Shown here: positions 1 through 11,420 of the stretch, piece after piece
How the letters are laid out: each line of letters begins with the position of its first letter
Position numbering within the stretch: the first letter of the stretch is position 1
Source of the DNA: Leucoraja ocellata
Taxonomy: Eukaryota
Reading direction: 5' to 3'
Length of the DNA: 43,341 bases
Assembly: GCA_036785375.1 (NCBI GenBank)
Contig: JAWMAR010002088.1
Location: forward strand, 124,001 to 167,341
Notes under the pieces: generated by a model
The model's database searches: none
Told to the model about the DNA's origin: nothing
Seen by the model: the letters and a program-made list of their open reading frames with translations, nothing else
Program-made: the position numbers and the translations under genes

Positions 1-59
1 TCCAGAAAACAGCCACTCACTTTGTTTCATTGATGCAATGTGGAAGATTACATCATGAA

Positions 60-245
60 AACCAAGTGCAGTAGATTTGAATGGAAGTGCAAGTGTTTCA
101 CGCTGTTTCTCTTTGAAGAACTACCTGGGTCTATGGACAGTGGGAAGGGAAGAGGTAAATGGATAGATGTTGCATGCACCAAGACAGGAAAGTAGAGGAA
201 AGTAGTGGGGATAGTAGACAGACCAGGGAGTGAAAAGGGAATGAC
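60..245 (-). mobile_element. Highly degenerate Penelope-like remnant
   Basis: Colinear similarity to 3835-4030 (cagtagat...gcaagtg...gaggtaaa.gga.ag.tgttgcat). Confidence 0.5.
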
Positions 246-448
246 TAGTTCAAAATATAGAATGGGGAGCAGAGCAGGAGGGGAGGGAGAAATGGATTGA
301 CTAATTTAATCAGATTTAAACTGGGATGAAGTACTCAATATGGAGGCTGGAGGAGTGGAAAAACGTATCCCTGCCCGGTCCAATGAGAATATATAGAACA
401 TAGACCAGTACAGCACAAGAACAGGACTTTCAGCCAGGTTAAACTAAG

Positions 449-735
449 GCAACACATTGGCACAGTGATAGAGTGGATGTCTAACAGCATTATAGACCCG
501 GGTACGATCCTGACTAGAGTGCTGTCTGGACGGAGTTTGTACGTTCTCTCTCTGTCACTCTGTGGGTTTTCTCTGGGGGCTCCGGTTTCCTCCCAAATAC
601 AAAAGACATGCAGGTTAATTGGCTTCTGTAAATTGTCCCTAGCTTGTAGGACGGAAATAGTGAATGGGCAATTGCTGGTCAGTGCAGACTCAGTGGCCCA
701 AAGGTCCTGTTTCCATACTCTATCTCTAAACTAAA
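449..735 (+). mobile_element. HE1-like V-SINE
   Basis: tRNA-like head, V-core cggagtttgtacgttctc...ctccggtttcctccc, CR1-like tail and (CTAAA)n. Flanked by AAACTAA repeats. Confidence 0.8.
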
Positions 736-1039
736 CCAAAACTAATCTCCACAGCCTGCATGTGGTCCATATCATTGTATTCGCTGCATATCCACAAGCC
801 TGTCCAAAACTTTCTTAAGCACCAGTATCATGTCCCTCTCTACCACCACTCCTGGTTGCACATTCTAAGTATCAAGCACACTATGCAAAAATACACTTGA
901 TGCGCACATCTCGTGTAAATGTTGCCCTTCGAAGCTTAACACAGTGCTCTATAGATCTGTGTGATAGACATGCAATCCCATTAGGGGCTGTCAACTGTGG
1001 TCAAGTAAATCCATGGTTAACTAATATGAAAGACATCAA

Positions 1040-1650
1040 TGACACTTTCTCCCTGTCAGACAGGGATGTAATGCTGAGGTGCCGGTCAAGCCACATTTGG
1101 AGCATTGTGAGCAATTGTGGGCACCATATCTGAGGAAGGATGTGCTGGCCCTGGAGAGGGTCCAGAGGAGGTGTACAAGAATGATCCCAGGAATGAGTGG
1201 GTTAACATATGATGAGCATTTGATGGTAGTGGACATGTACTCGCTGGAGTTTAGAAGAATAAGGGTGGACCTCATTGAATCATACCAAATGGTGAAAAGG
1301 TTTGGATAGAGTGGATGTGGAGAGGATGTTTCCAATGGTGGGAGAGTCTACGACTAGACGTCACAGTCTCAATATTAAAGGACAATCCTTGAGGAAGGAG
1401 TTAATGAGGAATTAATTTTGTTTGAGGGTGGTGAGTCTGTGGAATTATTTGCCACAGAAGGCTTTATAGTCTATCAATGGATATTTCTAAGGCATAGAAA
1501 GATTCTTGATTAGTATGCATGTCAGGGGTTATGGGGAGAAGGCAAGAGAATGGGGTTAGGAGGGAGAGATAGATCAGCCACGATTGAATGGCGAAGTAGA
1601 CTTGATGGGCCGAATGTTCTAATACTGCACCCATCACTAGTGACCTTATG
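1040..1650 (+). mobile_element. Degenerate CR1 3' end
   Basis: Encodes VKPHLEHCEQLWAPYLRKDVLALERVQRR, followed by a CR1 3' UTR (ggccgaatg..ctaat..tgc). Confidence 0.85.
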
Positions 1651-1961
1651 ACTCAGTTGGCTTCCTCCATGTGCTCCAGTTTCATCCCATATACCAAAGA
1701 CGTGCCAGTGAATTAGTTGGACATTGCAAATTATCCGTAGTGGAGCTGAATGAAAGGAGAATCCGAGGGAGCAGAGTTCAAGGTGTGAGAGAGAGCTGTG
1801 GAGCAGTTTGTCGACATTTCATTGAAAATGAGCATCGACTCAATGGGCCGAATTACCTTTCATTCTGTCATGATTGGGTCAGAGATAATATTACTCATTG
1901 CCTCAGAGTGATATCTTACTCATTGCTTACCATCGCAAAACAACACTTTTTCAGAACTCAC

Positions 1962-2237
1962 CTTTTCTGGTCAGGTATGTCTTTCCAATTGCATAGTATG
2001 TACGCCAATAATCCACACAGTCATGTTCTAACAAGCTCTTGAAATAACGGTTCATTTTTTCATTCTTGTCCCATTTCTCTTTGAAGGGTTCAGCTATTGG
2101 ATCATGCACCGTCCACTTTAGTTTGTCCTTGTCGAAACTAAATGCATATCTTCCGTCAAAAGCCAACTTCAATATCCCTAAATTGGGACTGTGATCGTTC
2201 ACCTGACAACCAAACTGACCTTGAGTATAGTGATATT
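1962..2237 (-). CDS. MHC class I-like gene, exon 3 (alpha2 domain)
   Basis: Acceptor gtttttctttcag| and donor |GTGAGT, 276 nt, phase 1/1. Translation: YHYTQGQFGCQVNDHSPNLGILKLAFDGRYAFSFDKDKLKWTVHDPIAEPFKEKWDKNEKMNRYFKSLLEHDCVDYWRTYYAIGKTYLTRK, with the C101-C164 pair, FDG, W133 and KW146-147 equivalents. Confidence 0.95.
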
Positions 2238-2389
2238 CTGAAAGAAAAACAAAATCATTATTTGATTTATTGTTAAGACTGGGTAATTTCTGATCTCCAG
2301 GGTCCAAGTCATTTCTATATGTCACAAGTAGCAAGGGTCACAGCACAGGTCCCTGCAGAACTCTACTTGTCACTGAACTACAGCCTGAA

Positions 2390-2893
2390 TATTTGACCTT
2401 CCGTGCAACTGTAGATACCATATTATTGTACGGGTGTGAGGCATGGACTCTCACTCCAGCACTGTCCAAGTCTCTCGATGGTACCTACACCCGAATGCTC
2501 AGAAAAACTCAAATTGACAGTTGCAGGCACGGCAAGGCAAGGCAAGTTTATTTGTATAGCACCTTTCAACAAGGTAATTCAAAGTGCTTTACATAAAACA
2601 TTAAAACCACATCATCAACTCTATGGCGAGACTCCACCTCTGACCGAGAAGATCACGTTGAGAAGGATGATGTGGTTCCGCCACCTTGAAATGGCAGTAA
2701 AAAAGGTTGTGCTGTGGGAACCCACCCATGGAAGACTTGACCCAGGACGGCCAATCAAGATGATGCTTGATGGAAGACGCATGTGTATAGTAGATAAGAG
2801 GAGCTTGCCAGCTGCATGGAGGACAGAGGAGGGATGTGACCTTCACCATGCCGGTTGTAATCCAGCACCACTGCCTCACTAATGTTTTCAACA

Positions 2894-2924
<31 letters not shown>
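2390..2924 (+). mobile_element. RTE-clade LINE 3' fragment with (TAT)n tail
   Basis: Encodes FRATVDTILLYGCEAWTL...LDGTYTRMLRK and VVLWEPTHG, with (TAT)n at ~2895-2924. Confidence 0.7.
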
Positions 2925-2925
<1 letters not shown>

Positions 2926-3054
2926 CTACTACATCCCTCCGTCCTGGGATTTATCCACCTTAATGCTCATCAAGTGACCCATCATTTCCTTCTTATTTAC
3001 CTTCAAAGAGCCCCTGCATGTTCGTATTCTCCACACTGATCTTTCTATTCTCCA

Positions 3055-3330
3055 AGGAGTAAGACATTTAGAACGGAGACGAGGAAGCACTTTTTCTCAC
3101 AGAGAGTGGTGTCTGTGGTATTATCCGCCTCAGGAAGGGCAGTGAGGGCCAGTTCTCTGGATACTTTCAAGAGAGAGCTAGATAGGGCTTGTAAAGATAG
3201 TGGAGTCAGGGGATATGCAGAGAAGGCAGGAACGGGGTACTGATTGTGGATGATCAGCCATGATCACATTGAATGGCGGTGCTGGCTCGAAGGGCCAAAT
3301 GACCTACTCCTGCACCTATTGTCTATTCTC
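3055..3330 (+). mobile_element. CR1 family A 3' end
   Basis: gatgatcagccatgatcacattgaatggcggtgctggctcgaagggcc...cctattgtctatt. Confidence 0.85.
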
Positions 3331-3334
3331 TTGG

Positions 3335-4135
3335 TTAAAACCGAAGGTAGACACAAAATGCTGCAGGACAAGCAGCATCTCTGGAGAGAAGGAATGTGCG
3401 ACGTTTCTGGTCGAGACACTTTCTCAGATTGATGTCAAGGGAGAGACAAAGATAGAATATAGGCAGAGACAGTAAGACTGGTGGGAGAACTGGGAAGGGG
3501 AGGGGATGGAAAGAGAAAGCAAGGGCTATCGAATGATAGAGAAGTCAATGTTTATACTGCTGGAGGGTATACTAAATTGTTCATAACTATGGACTATAAA
3601 CTAAACCAAGTAAAATAAGAGGTGCTGTTCCTCCAATTTGCACTGGGCCTCACTCACACAATGGAGGAAGCCCAGGACAGAAAGTTCATATTGGGAATCG
3701 GAGGGGAAGTTGAAGTGCTGAGCCACCGGGAGATCAGGTAGGTTAAGACGGACTGAGCGGACGTGTTCAGTGAAATGATCGCCAAGCCTGCGCTTGGTCT
3801 CGCCGATGCAGAGAAGTTGACAACTGGAACAGTGGATACAGTAGATGAGGTTGGGGGAGGAGCAAGTGAACCTCTGCTTCACCTGGAAAGACTTTGGGGC
3901 CTTGGATGGAGTAGAGCGGGAAGGTGAAGGCGGAGGTAAAGGGACAGGCGTTGCATCTCCTGCAGTTGCAGGGGAAAGTACCCGGGATGGGGGTGGTTTG
4001 TGTGTGAAGGGATGAGTTGACCAGGGAGTTTTCCTTGGGAACGGTCTCTGCACAAAGCAGAAAGTGGTGAGATGGGAAGTGGCTAGTAATGGGATCCTGC
4101 TGGAGGTGGCGATAATGATGGAGGGTTATATGCTG
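3335..4135 (-). mobile_element. Penelope-like element 3' part (GIY-YIG endonuclease plus 3' UTR)
   Basis: ORF 3601-4053 reads FTCSSPNLIYCIHCSSCQLLCIGETKRRLGDHF...VAQHF. A degenerate hammerhead motif lies at ~3398-3430. Confidence 0.85.
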
Positions 4136-4659
4136 TACTTACTAATAATCTATCTATCTATCTATACATATGTACAACTCTCATCTTGTTATCTTCCGGT
4201 TTGGCGGTCTTTTTATTTGTGCAAAAATGGATTGCGATAGTGCAACGATATTTCACCAGTTCACTCACCGTTCTCCTGTGCTGCGAGTGCACCAAGTTTC
4301 GTTCCGATCGGATGAATGCCGTAAATGTTAGCGAGGTTTCAAAATCTTTAAAAACGCGCATGCGCAGATCGATCTCTTCTCCTGCCAGTCGGCGTCGCGC
4401 AGATTAGTCTCATCCCCATCACTCCCCGGAACGGTCTACCCCTTCCTGCGCCATCGCGTCTTTACAGGAGCTGAACGTGGCCGGCGTAGGTTTCCAACCA
4501 GTCTTTCGGAGAGATCCAACCCAGCCCAGCCCCTCCCCAAGCAGCAGCCCAGCGTCAGAGACCTGACCCAGCCCAGTCCAACGTGGGAGACCCAGCCCGG
4601 AGTCGGTGACCCAGCCCAGTCGGAGATGTCGCCGATGTCTCCACAAGCCCCTCCCCACC

Positions 4660-4760
4660 ACAAGCCCCCCTGCCCACACCCAGCCCCCCACGCACACCCA
4701 GCCCCCCACGCACACCCAGCCCCCCACGCACACCCAGCCCCCCACGCACAACCCCCACCC
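4660..4760. repeat. 18-bp minisatellite (CCCAGCCCCCCACGCACA)n
   Basis: About four near-perfect tandem copies from 4679, plus a degenerate leading copy. Confidence 0.9.
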
Positions 4761-4950
4761 CCCATTATCCCACACACACTAGGGGCAATTTACATTTATA
4801 CAAAGCCAATTAGCCGACAAACCTGTATGTCTTTGGAGTGTGGGAGGAAACCAAGATCTCTGAGAAAACTCAAGCGGTCACGGGGAAAACGTACAAACTC
4901 CATACAGACAGCAGTCTTGTACCTTGGTCTATGGCACTGTGAGGCAGCAA
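4760..4950 (-). mobile_element. HE1-like V-SINE fragment
   Basis: ctttggagtgtgggaggaaacc...cgtacaaactcc. Confidence 0.78.
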
Positions 4951-5127
4951 TATGTTTGGAGAAGTTGGAAGAATTCTGCCTTTGGCAGAAACATCACTAC
5001 AGAATGCCGACCTGATCCTATATTAACGATGGCTCTTCCTTTGAGCGGAATTAAGATGAAAGGAAAGAAACCCTGGATATATGCCCCAGGTGTGAAATAA
5101 GCTCATATTTGTTACAAGGACAATTAC

Positions 5128-5437
5128 TTTAGTTAGGTTAGAGATAAAGCATGAAAACAGGCCCTTCAGCCCACTGTGCCCTCATCGCCCAGCAATATCT
5201 GTACATCAGTACTATCCCACATACGAGGTACAATCTACAATTTTTACCGAAGCCAATTAACCTACAAACATGTGAGTCTTTGGATTGTTGGATGAAACTG
5301 GAACAATTAGAGAAAACCCTCACAGTCACGAGGTCAATGTACAAACTACGTACCGACAACACCCGGAGTCAGGATCGAACCCAGGTCTCTGTAGCTGTGA
5401 GGCAGCAACTCTACCGCTGTGCCACCATGCTACCCTG
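5128..5437 (-). mobile_element. HE1-like V-SINE
   Basis: Full head (caggatcgaaccc is the B box reverse complement), core and tail. Confidence 0.82.
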
Positions 5438-5805
5438 TGTCATTAGTATTGTGTGTTGAAATGTTTCCATCAGTGATTATAGCAACTCTCTCTCTAAACC
5501 TCTGTACTTTTTCAGTTGACCAAGCAGTTCCTCCTTCCACCTTATGAGGCTAAGTTATTGGATGGCTGAACTTTTTGGGGAAACTCCTCACTGCAAGCTT
5601 GGTTTAGCTTATTTTAGTTTAGAGATACAGTGCAGAAACAGGCCATTCGGCCCACCGGGTCCACACCAAGCAGTGATCCCCACACATTAACACTATTTTA
5701 CACGCACTAGGCGCATTTATACCGAGCCAATTAACCTACAAACCTGTACGTCTTTGGAGTGTGAATGGAAACCGAAGATAATGGAGAAAACCCACACAGG
5801 TCACG

Positions 5806-6996
5806 GTGGTTGCCTGCCTAAATGACTACCGCCCTGTTGCCCTGACCCCAATAATAATGAAGTGTTTTGAACGCCTGGTGAAACCCCACATTACTGCCAG
5901 CCTCCCCTCATCGTTAGACCCCCTACAGTTTGCCCATCGCCCCAACCGCTCTACAGAGGATGCCATCTCCACCACGCTGCACACAGTAATCGCGCATCTG
6001 GAACACAAGAACACATACGCCAGAATCCTGTACATTGACTTCAGCTCAGCGTTTAATACCATCATCCCACAGAGACTTGTGGAGAAACTAACCCTGCTGG
6101 GCCTCAACACCACCCTGTGTCACTGGATCTTGGACTTTCTGACAGAGAGACCGCAGTCAGTCCGTGTTGGCAAGAACACTTCAGGCTCGATCACGCTGAG
6201 CACCGGCTCCCCTCAAGGCTGTGTGCTCAGCCCGCTGTTGTTCACACTGCTCACACATGACTGTGCTGCCAGATTCAGGGACAATAAAATCATAAAGTTC
6301 GCGGACGACACTACAGTGGTGGGACTCATCAGTGGAGATGACGAAACAAGGTACAGGGAGGAAGTAGAACAACTGGTGGACTGGTGCGGCAAAAATAACC
6401 TAGAATTGAATGTCGAAAAAACTAAGGAGATGGTTGTCGACTTCAGGAGGGCGCAGCCTGAGCATACACCGCTCAACATTAGTGGCACTGCAGTGGAGAG
6501 AGTGGAGAGCATAAAGTTCCTCGGTGTGCAGATAACGGACAACCTCACCTGGTCCAGGAACACCACTGGGACCGTCAAACGGGCCCATCAGCGACTGCAC
6601 TTCCTGAGGAAACTAAAACAGGCCTCACTCCCCACCAACATCCTCAGGACTTTCTACAGGGGCACGGTGGAGTCTGTACTCACGTACTGCATCAATACGT
6701 GGTACTGCACCTGCAACTGCTCGGACAGGAAGGCTCTGCAGAGGGTAGTGAGGGGAGCAGAGAGGATTATTGGCGTCTCCCTACCCTCGGTACAAGAACT
6801 GTTCCAGAGCCGCTGTCTGAAGAAAGCACAGAGAATTGCCAAGGACAAACTGCACCCCCTCCACACACACCTGGATCTCTTGCCATCAGGCAAGAGATAT
6901 CGAAGCATCAAAGCCCGGACTACGAGGCTGCTAAACAGCTTCCTACCACAGGCGGTGAGGCTGCTAAACAGTCACTCTGCACTCACAGTCACTTGA
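5806..6996 (+). CDS. Reverse transcriptase ORF (uninterrupted, N-terminally truncated) of the Rex1 element
   Basis: 396-aa open frame containing the RT core motifs. It has no genuine start because the 5' end is the insertion junction. Confidence 0.85.
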   Translation: MVACLNDYRPVALTPIIMKCFERLVKPHITASLPSSLDPLQFAHRPNRSTEDAISTTLHTVIAHLEHKNTYARILYIDFSSAFNTIIPQRLVEKLTLLGLNTTLCHWILDFLTERPQSVRVGKNTSGSITLSTGSPQGCVLSPLLFTLLTHDCAARFRDNKIIKFADDTTVVGLISGDDETRYREEVEQLVDWCGKNNLELNVEKTKEMVVDFRRAQPEHTPLNISGTAVERVESIKFLGVQITDNLTWSRNTTGTVKRAHQRLHFLRKLKQASLPTNILRTFYRGTVESVLTYCINTWYCTCNCSDRKALQRVVRGAERIIGVSLPSVQELFQSRCLKKAQRIAKDKLHPLHTHLDLLPSGKRYRSIKARTTRLLNSFLPQAVRLLNSHSALTVT

Positions 6997-7294
6997 CTTG
7001 ACTCTGCGGCTGCGACACTTTAATAACTGGCACTGGCCACTTAAATCAGCGGCCCCGGACATTTTTTTATGATTGGTTTACTGTATTTTAACATTGTGTT
7101 TCTTACCTGATTTTAACTATTTATTCTGTTCCATCAGGGACTGGATTGTTTTTTTAGTGTTATTATGTGAGAAGTGTTTTAAATTTCATGTGCGAGGCTC
7201 CGCTATTCACTGGGAAACGTCTTTTCATTTTGCACTGTACTTGTTGCTTGCAAGATGACAATAAAGGTTGATTGATTGATTGATTGATTGATTG
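5807..7294 (+). mobile_element. Rex1/Babar-clade LINE, 5'-truncated, young
   Basis: RT motifs [47 protein letters not shown] and KFADD. The 3' end has AATAAA and a (GATT)n tail at ~7268-7293. It splits a V-SINE (ggtcacgg|...|gagaacgtac). Confidence 0.9.
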
Positions 7295-7704
7295 TGAGAA
7301 CGTACAAACTCTGTACAGACACCACTCGTAGTCAGGATCAAACCCACGTCTCTGGCGCTGCAAGTGCTGTAAGGCAGCAACTCTACCACCGTGCCACTGT
7401 GCCGCATGATCTATTGGCTTTGCTGATAATTATGATCATTTTTTATCTTATATTGTGTTCTCTTTGCTTATTGCATATAAACAAATATAAAGCTGCAAAG
7501 GTTGGATCCTTTCGAGACCCGAGCTGACCCTTCTTTCACCACAAAAGTGCTTCCTATGGTTAGAGAAATATATATATAAGGCTCACCCCTCATGGCCATT
7601 GAAGGATTTCTCTAAACTATGGAGATCATGAAGCTGTTCCCTGCCAAGTTTAATTTTACTAGTGGCCATGACCCGAGTGTACTCGGGGGTGGCATTGAAC
7701 AGGT

Positions 7705-8210
7705 TAAACATAGAAACATAGAACATAGGTGCAGGAGTAGGCCATTCGGCCCTTCGAGCCTGCACCGCCATTCAATATGATCATGGCTGATCATCCAACT
7801 CAGTATCCTGTACCTGCCTTCTCTCCATACCCCCTGATCCCTTTAGCCACAAGGACCACATCCAACTCCCTTTTAAATATAGTCAATGAACTGGCTCAAC
7901 TACCCTCTGCGGGAGAGAATTCCAGAGATTCACCACTCTGTGTGAAAAATGTTTTCCTCATTTCAGTCCATCTCTATCCACATCAATACTGAACCCGCCA
8001 ATACCGTGTGCTTTAAGTTTGTATACTAACCTCTTATGTGGGACCTTGTCGAAAGCCTTCTGAAAGTCCAGATATAACACATCCACTGGTTCTGCCTTAT
8101 CCACTCTACTAGTTACATCCTCGAAAAATTCTATAAGATTCGTCAGGCATGATTTACCTTTCGTAAATCCATGCTGACTTTGTCCAATGATTTCACCACT
8201 TTCCAAATGT
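7705..8210 (-). mobile_element. CR1 family A 3' UTR joined to an internal RT fragment
   Basis: (CATAGAAA)n tail and ORF 7958-8206 with QHGFTKGKSCLTNL...LDFQKAFDKVPH. Confidence 0.85.
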
Positions 8211-8529
8211 TTAAGATGTTAAAGATATCCAGTGATGTGTGACTGCTCTACCTTTCCTTGGTATTCTTAGGTGATTCATTCTCTCTGGCATAAAAAAAGC
8301 TTATGCCAACCAGTAGCAATAAGGAAGGGACAAAACTTGGATGATGTTTTAATTCCAATAAGAAACATCACAAACATTGATAGCTGAATAATAAGTAATG
8401 ATGTTGTCTAGGTAACGGGTCTTCATTTCAAGTTGCTTGCTGCAGTCATTTATTTGTGTTCTGCAGGTCTTTCAGTGTCTCTCATCTTTTTCTTTTCAAG
8501 AAACACCACAAATAGCCGACTATATACTA

Positions 8530-8705
8530 ATTATAGAAACTTGGAAATATAGGTGCAGGAGTAGGCCATTCGGCCCTTCGAGCCAGCACCACCAATCAAT
8601 ATGATCATGGCTGATCATCTAAAATCAGTATCCTGGTCCTGCCTTCTCCCCATATCCCTTGATTCCTTTAGCCTTAAGAGCTAAATCTAAATCACTCTTG
8701 AAAGT
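8530..8705 (-). mobile_element. CR1 family A 3' UTR fragment
   Basis: taggtgcaggagtaggccattcggcccttcgagcc. Confidence 0.8.
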
Positions 8706-9145
8706 ACATTGTTTAGATAAGAGCCTTCTTCTCACGCTTCTTTCTGCAGTCTTTTAGTTGAATTTTACAGGTGCTTTAGTTTGTCTCGTCTTCTCTCTGC
8801 TAAATATGTAACAACTACAAGCTATGAATAACAAACATCCTTGAAAACTAACACTGGACTGAGTGTGAGTACAATGCATGTTCTAACGTGACATGACTTC
8901 AGTCTGAAATCGGATCCCCACCCGAAATGTCACTGATCCATGTCTCCAGACGCTGCTTGACCCGCTGATTTCCTCCCGCACTTTGAGTTTTTTGTATAAA
9001 CCAGCATCTGCACTTCCTTTAATCTAGAATTTTTAAATAGTTCAATCTAGCCAATTAGTTCAATTTTACAGTTGACTAAAATAAGAAGGCAATTCAAGGG
9101 TAAATAACTGCCTATGATTCCGTGTGACAGAGAAAGAGGCCTTTC

Positions 9146-10090
9146 CATATAACCATATAACAACCATATAACAATTACAGCTCGGAAACAGGCCATCTCG
9201 ACCCTTCTAGTCCGTGCCGAACACATAATCTCCCCTAGTCCCATATACCTGCGCTCAGACCATAACCCTCCATTCCCTTCCCATCCATATAACTATCCAA
9301 TTTATTTTTAAATGATAAAAACGAACCTGCCTCCACCACCTTCACTGGAAGCTCATTCCACACAGCTACCACTCTCTGAGTAAAGAAGTTCCCCCTCATG
9401 TTACCCCTAAACTTCAGTCCCTTAATTCTCAAGTCATGTCCCCTTCTTTGAATCTTCCCTACTCTCAGTGGGAAAAGCTTTTCCACGTCAACTCTGTCTA
9501 TCCCTCTCATCATTTTAAAAACCTCTATCAAGTCCCCCCTTAACCTTCTGCGCTCCAAAGAATAAAGCCCTAACTTGTTCAACCTTTCTCTGTAACTTAG
9601 TTGCTGAAACCCAGGCAACATTCTAGTAAATCTCCTCTGTACTCTCTCTATTTTGTTAACATCCTTCCTATAATTAGGCGACCAAAATTGTACACCATAC
9701 TCCAGAATTGGCCTCACCAATGCCTTGTACAATTTTAACATTACATCCCAACTTCTATACTCAATGCTCTGATTTATAAAGGCCAGCACACCAAAAGCTT
9801 TCTTTACCACCCTATCTACATGAGATTCCACTTTCAGGGAACTGTGCACAGTTATTCCCAGATCCCTCTGGTCACCTACATTCTTCAATTCCCTACCATT
9901 TACCATGTACGTCCTATTTTGATTTGTCCTGCCAAGATGTAGCACCTCACACGTATCAGCATTAAACTCCATCTGCCATCTTTCAGCCCACTCTTCCAAC
10001 TGGCATAAATCTCTCTGTAGACTTTGAAACTCTACTTCATTACCCGCAACCCCACCTATCTTAGTATCATTTGCATACTTACTAATCCAA
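9146..10090 (-). mobile_element. CR1 family B, 5'-truncated just before the YADD motif
   Basis: (CCATATAA)n tail and an open RT C-terminal frame at 9235-10090. Confidence 0.92.
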
Positions 10091-11265
10091 GCCTCATGAG
10101 CCCACTCTAGCCCAGAGAACAAAATTATTCCATCACTAATTTTCCCCAAAACAGATCTTCCTCATTTCTATCAATGCCACAAATCCACCTTTACAAGAGA
10201 CATATGCAGTAGTCGATTAATCTACTAAATCAGCACATTTTTGGTATGTGGGAGAAAACTGGAGAACAAACATTGTCACAGGGAGAATGCTTATACCTCC
10301 TGCAGACTGCACTGGAGATTAGGATTGAACCCAGATCACTGGAGCTGTGAGCCAGCAGCACTCGTTGCTCTAAAGCAGTCATAGAGAGAGTTGCACAGCA
10401 TGGATACAAGCCCTTTGGCTCAACTTGTTCATGCTAATCTAGATACCCCAGGGCTGCCAACATTGGGTGAGAGTTTGGGAGTGAGAGATTGCGAGAGACC
10501 AAGCCCGAGGGAGCATAGCGACCGGGGGGATGGGGGGGGGGGGGGGAGGGGGTGGGAGGGGGGAAGTGGGGTGGGAGGGATGAGAGGGTGGGAGGGGGGA
10601 GTGGGGTGGGAGGGGTGAGGGGGTCCCCCTCCCATTGGTATGGAACATTTTTATTTTTCAGCTTGAAATTGTGCAATATGGTGCATACTGTAGCGAGTCT
10701 TTTAACTTACACTTGAATGCAATGTATATGCTTTAAATTGTATTGGAGCATTTTTGAAAGGGGGGAGGCTGTGCAATCACTGATCACTGGCCTTGGGGGT
10801 ACCCAGTGAGGGAGTGGAGCAACTGAGTGGGGAGAGGGTGTGGAAGAAAGGTGTCCCCCCTTCCAGGGTAGGAACTTTTTTAAATTTGATGTATTATAAT
10901 CATGTTTTAGCGCACTGTAGAAGTATGATTTCTATGTTTTTTGTATGAGGTATTTTTAAGAGGTAACTTTTTAAGGGGTAACTTTATCCACACAAAGGGT
11001 CCACACGTTCAATTGGCCTGCACTGCCTTGTGGCAGAGAATTCCGCAGATTCACAACTCTCTGCGTGAAGAAAGTTTGTTCTCATCTCAGTCCTATTCTT
11101 ATTCTTTAACTGTGACCCATGGTTCTGAATGCCCACAACATCGGGAACATATTTCCTGCAGTTACAGTAAGTGAAAATCTAGCAGGCAAGCAGGATGCTT
11201 TCACCAACCACCCCAATTTGAAGTCCACTATCTTCCACCGTATCTACCCAGTGTTTGGTACTTAC

Positions 11266-11420
11266 TTCCAGCAGCCACTGGTTGTCCTCCAGGATACACC
11301 GAGCCCCAGCCTGATCCATGCTGGTCACCTGGGTGAATTCGGCACAGAGACTCTCACGGCAGCGGCACAACGCTTCGCCGCCTCCGACGGCCCGGGACTC
11401 TTGCACTGAGGCTGCTCCAT
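11266..11420 (-). pseudogene. TDP2: Captured TDP2-like exon 1 (N-terminal UBA-like domain) inside the TIR element
   Basis: GCCATGG Kozak start at 11420 gives MEQPQCKSPGPSEAA. After a 1-nt shift it reads ALCRCRESLCAEFTQVTSMDQAGARCILEDNQWLLE, followed directly by GTAAGT. This matches the recalled vertebrate TDP2 pattern RRLLCVEFASVASCDAAVAQCFLAENDWEME. Confidence 0.75.

Larger units (their letters stand above)
5600..7405 (-). mobile_element. HE1-like V-SINE split by the Rex1 insertion (5600-5806 and 7295-7405)
   Basis: The two halves join to give ggtcacgg/gagaacgtacaaactc. Confidence 0.8.

Noticed and set aside
1951-2334. 127-aa ORF as a stand-alone protein
   Set aside because: The first ~32 residues are intronic (polypyrimidine tract and acceptor at 2238). 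The true exon is 1962-2237.
2836-3039. Poly-tyrosine ORF
   Set aside because: Translation of the (TAT)n LINE tail.
4419-5015. Repetitive ORFs (GGWVCV, AWGAGC, HPAPHA)
   Set aside because: Translations of the 18-bp minisatellite in different frames.
7583-7700. Possible extra minus-strand exon ending in GTGAGC near 7586
   Set aside because: No MHC-like or other recognisable peptide and a weak acceptor. Alpha1 and alpha2 already join in frame without it.
8403-8416. RFX X-box-like GTTGTCTAGGTAAC in intron 2
   Set aside because: An isolated degenerate motif without neighbouring X2/Y elements. Such a match could arise by chance in 43 kb.
9235-10149. 304-aa RT ORF with a novel N-terminus (MGKISDGIILFSGLEWAHEA)
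   Set aside because: The N-terminus is chance read-through into flanking DNA past the 5' truncation. It starts at a non-ATG codon and lacks most of the RT domain.
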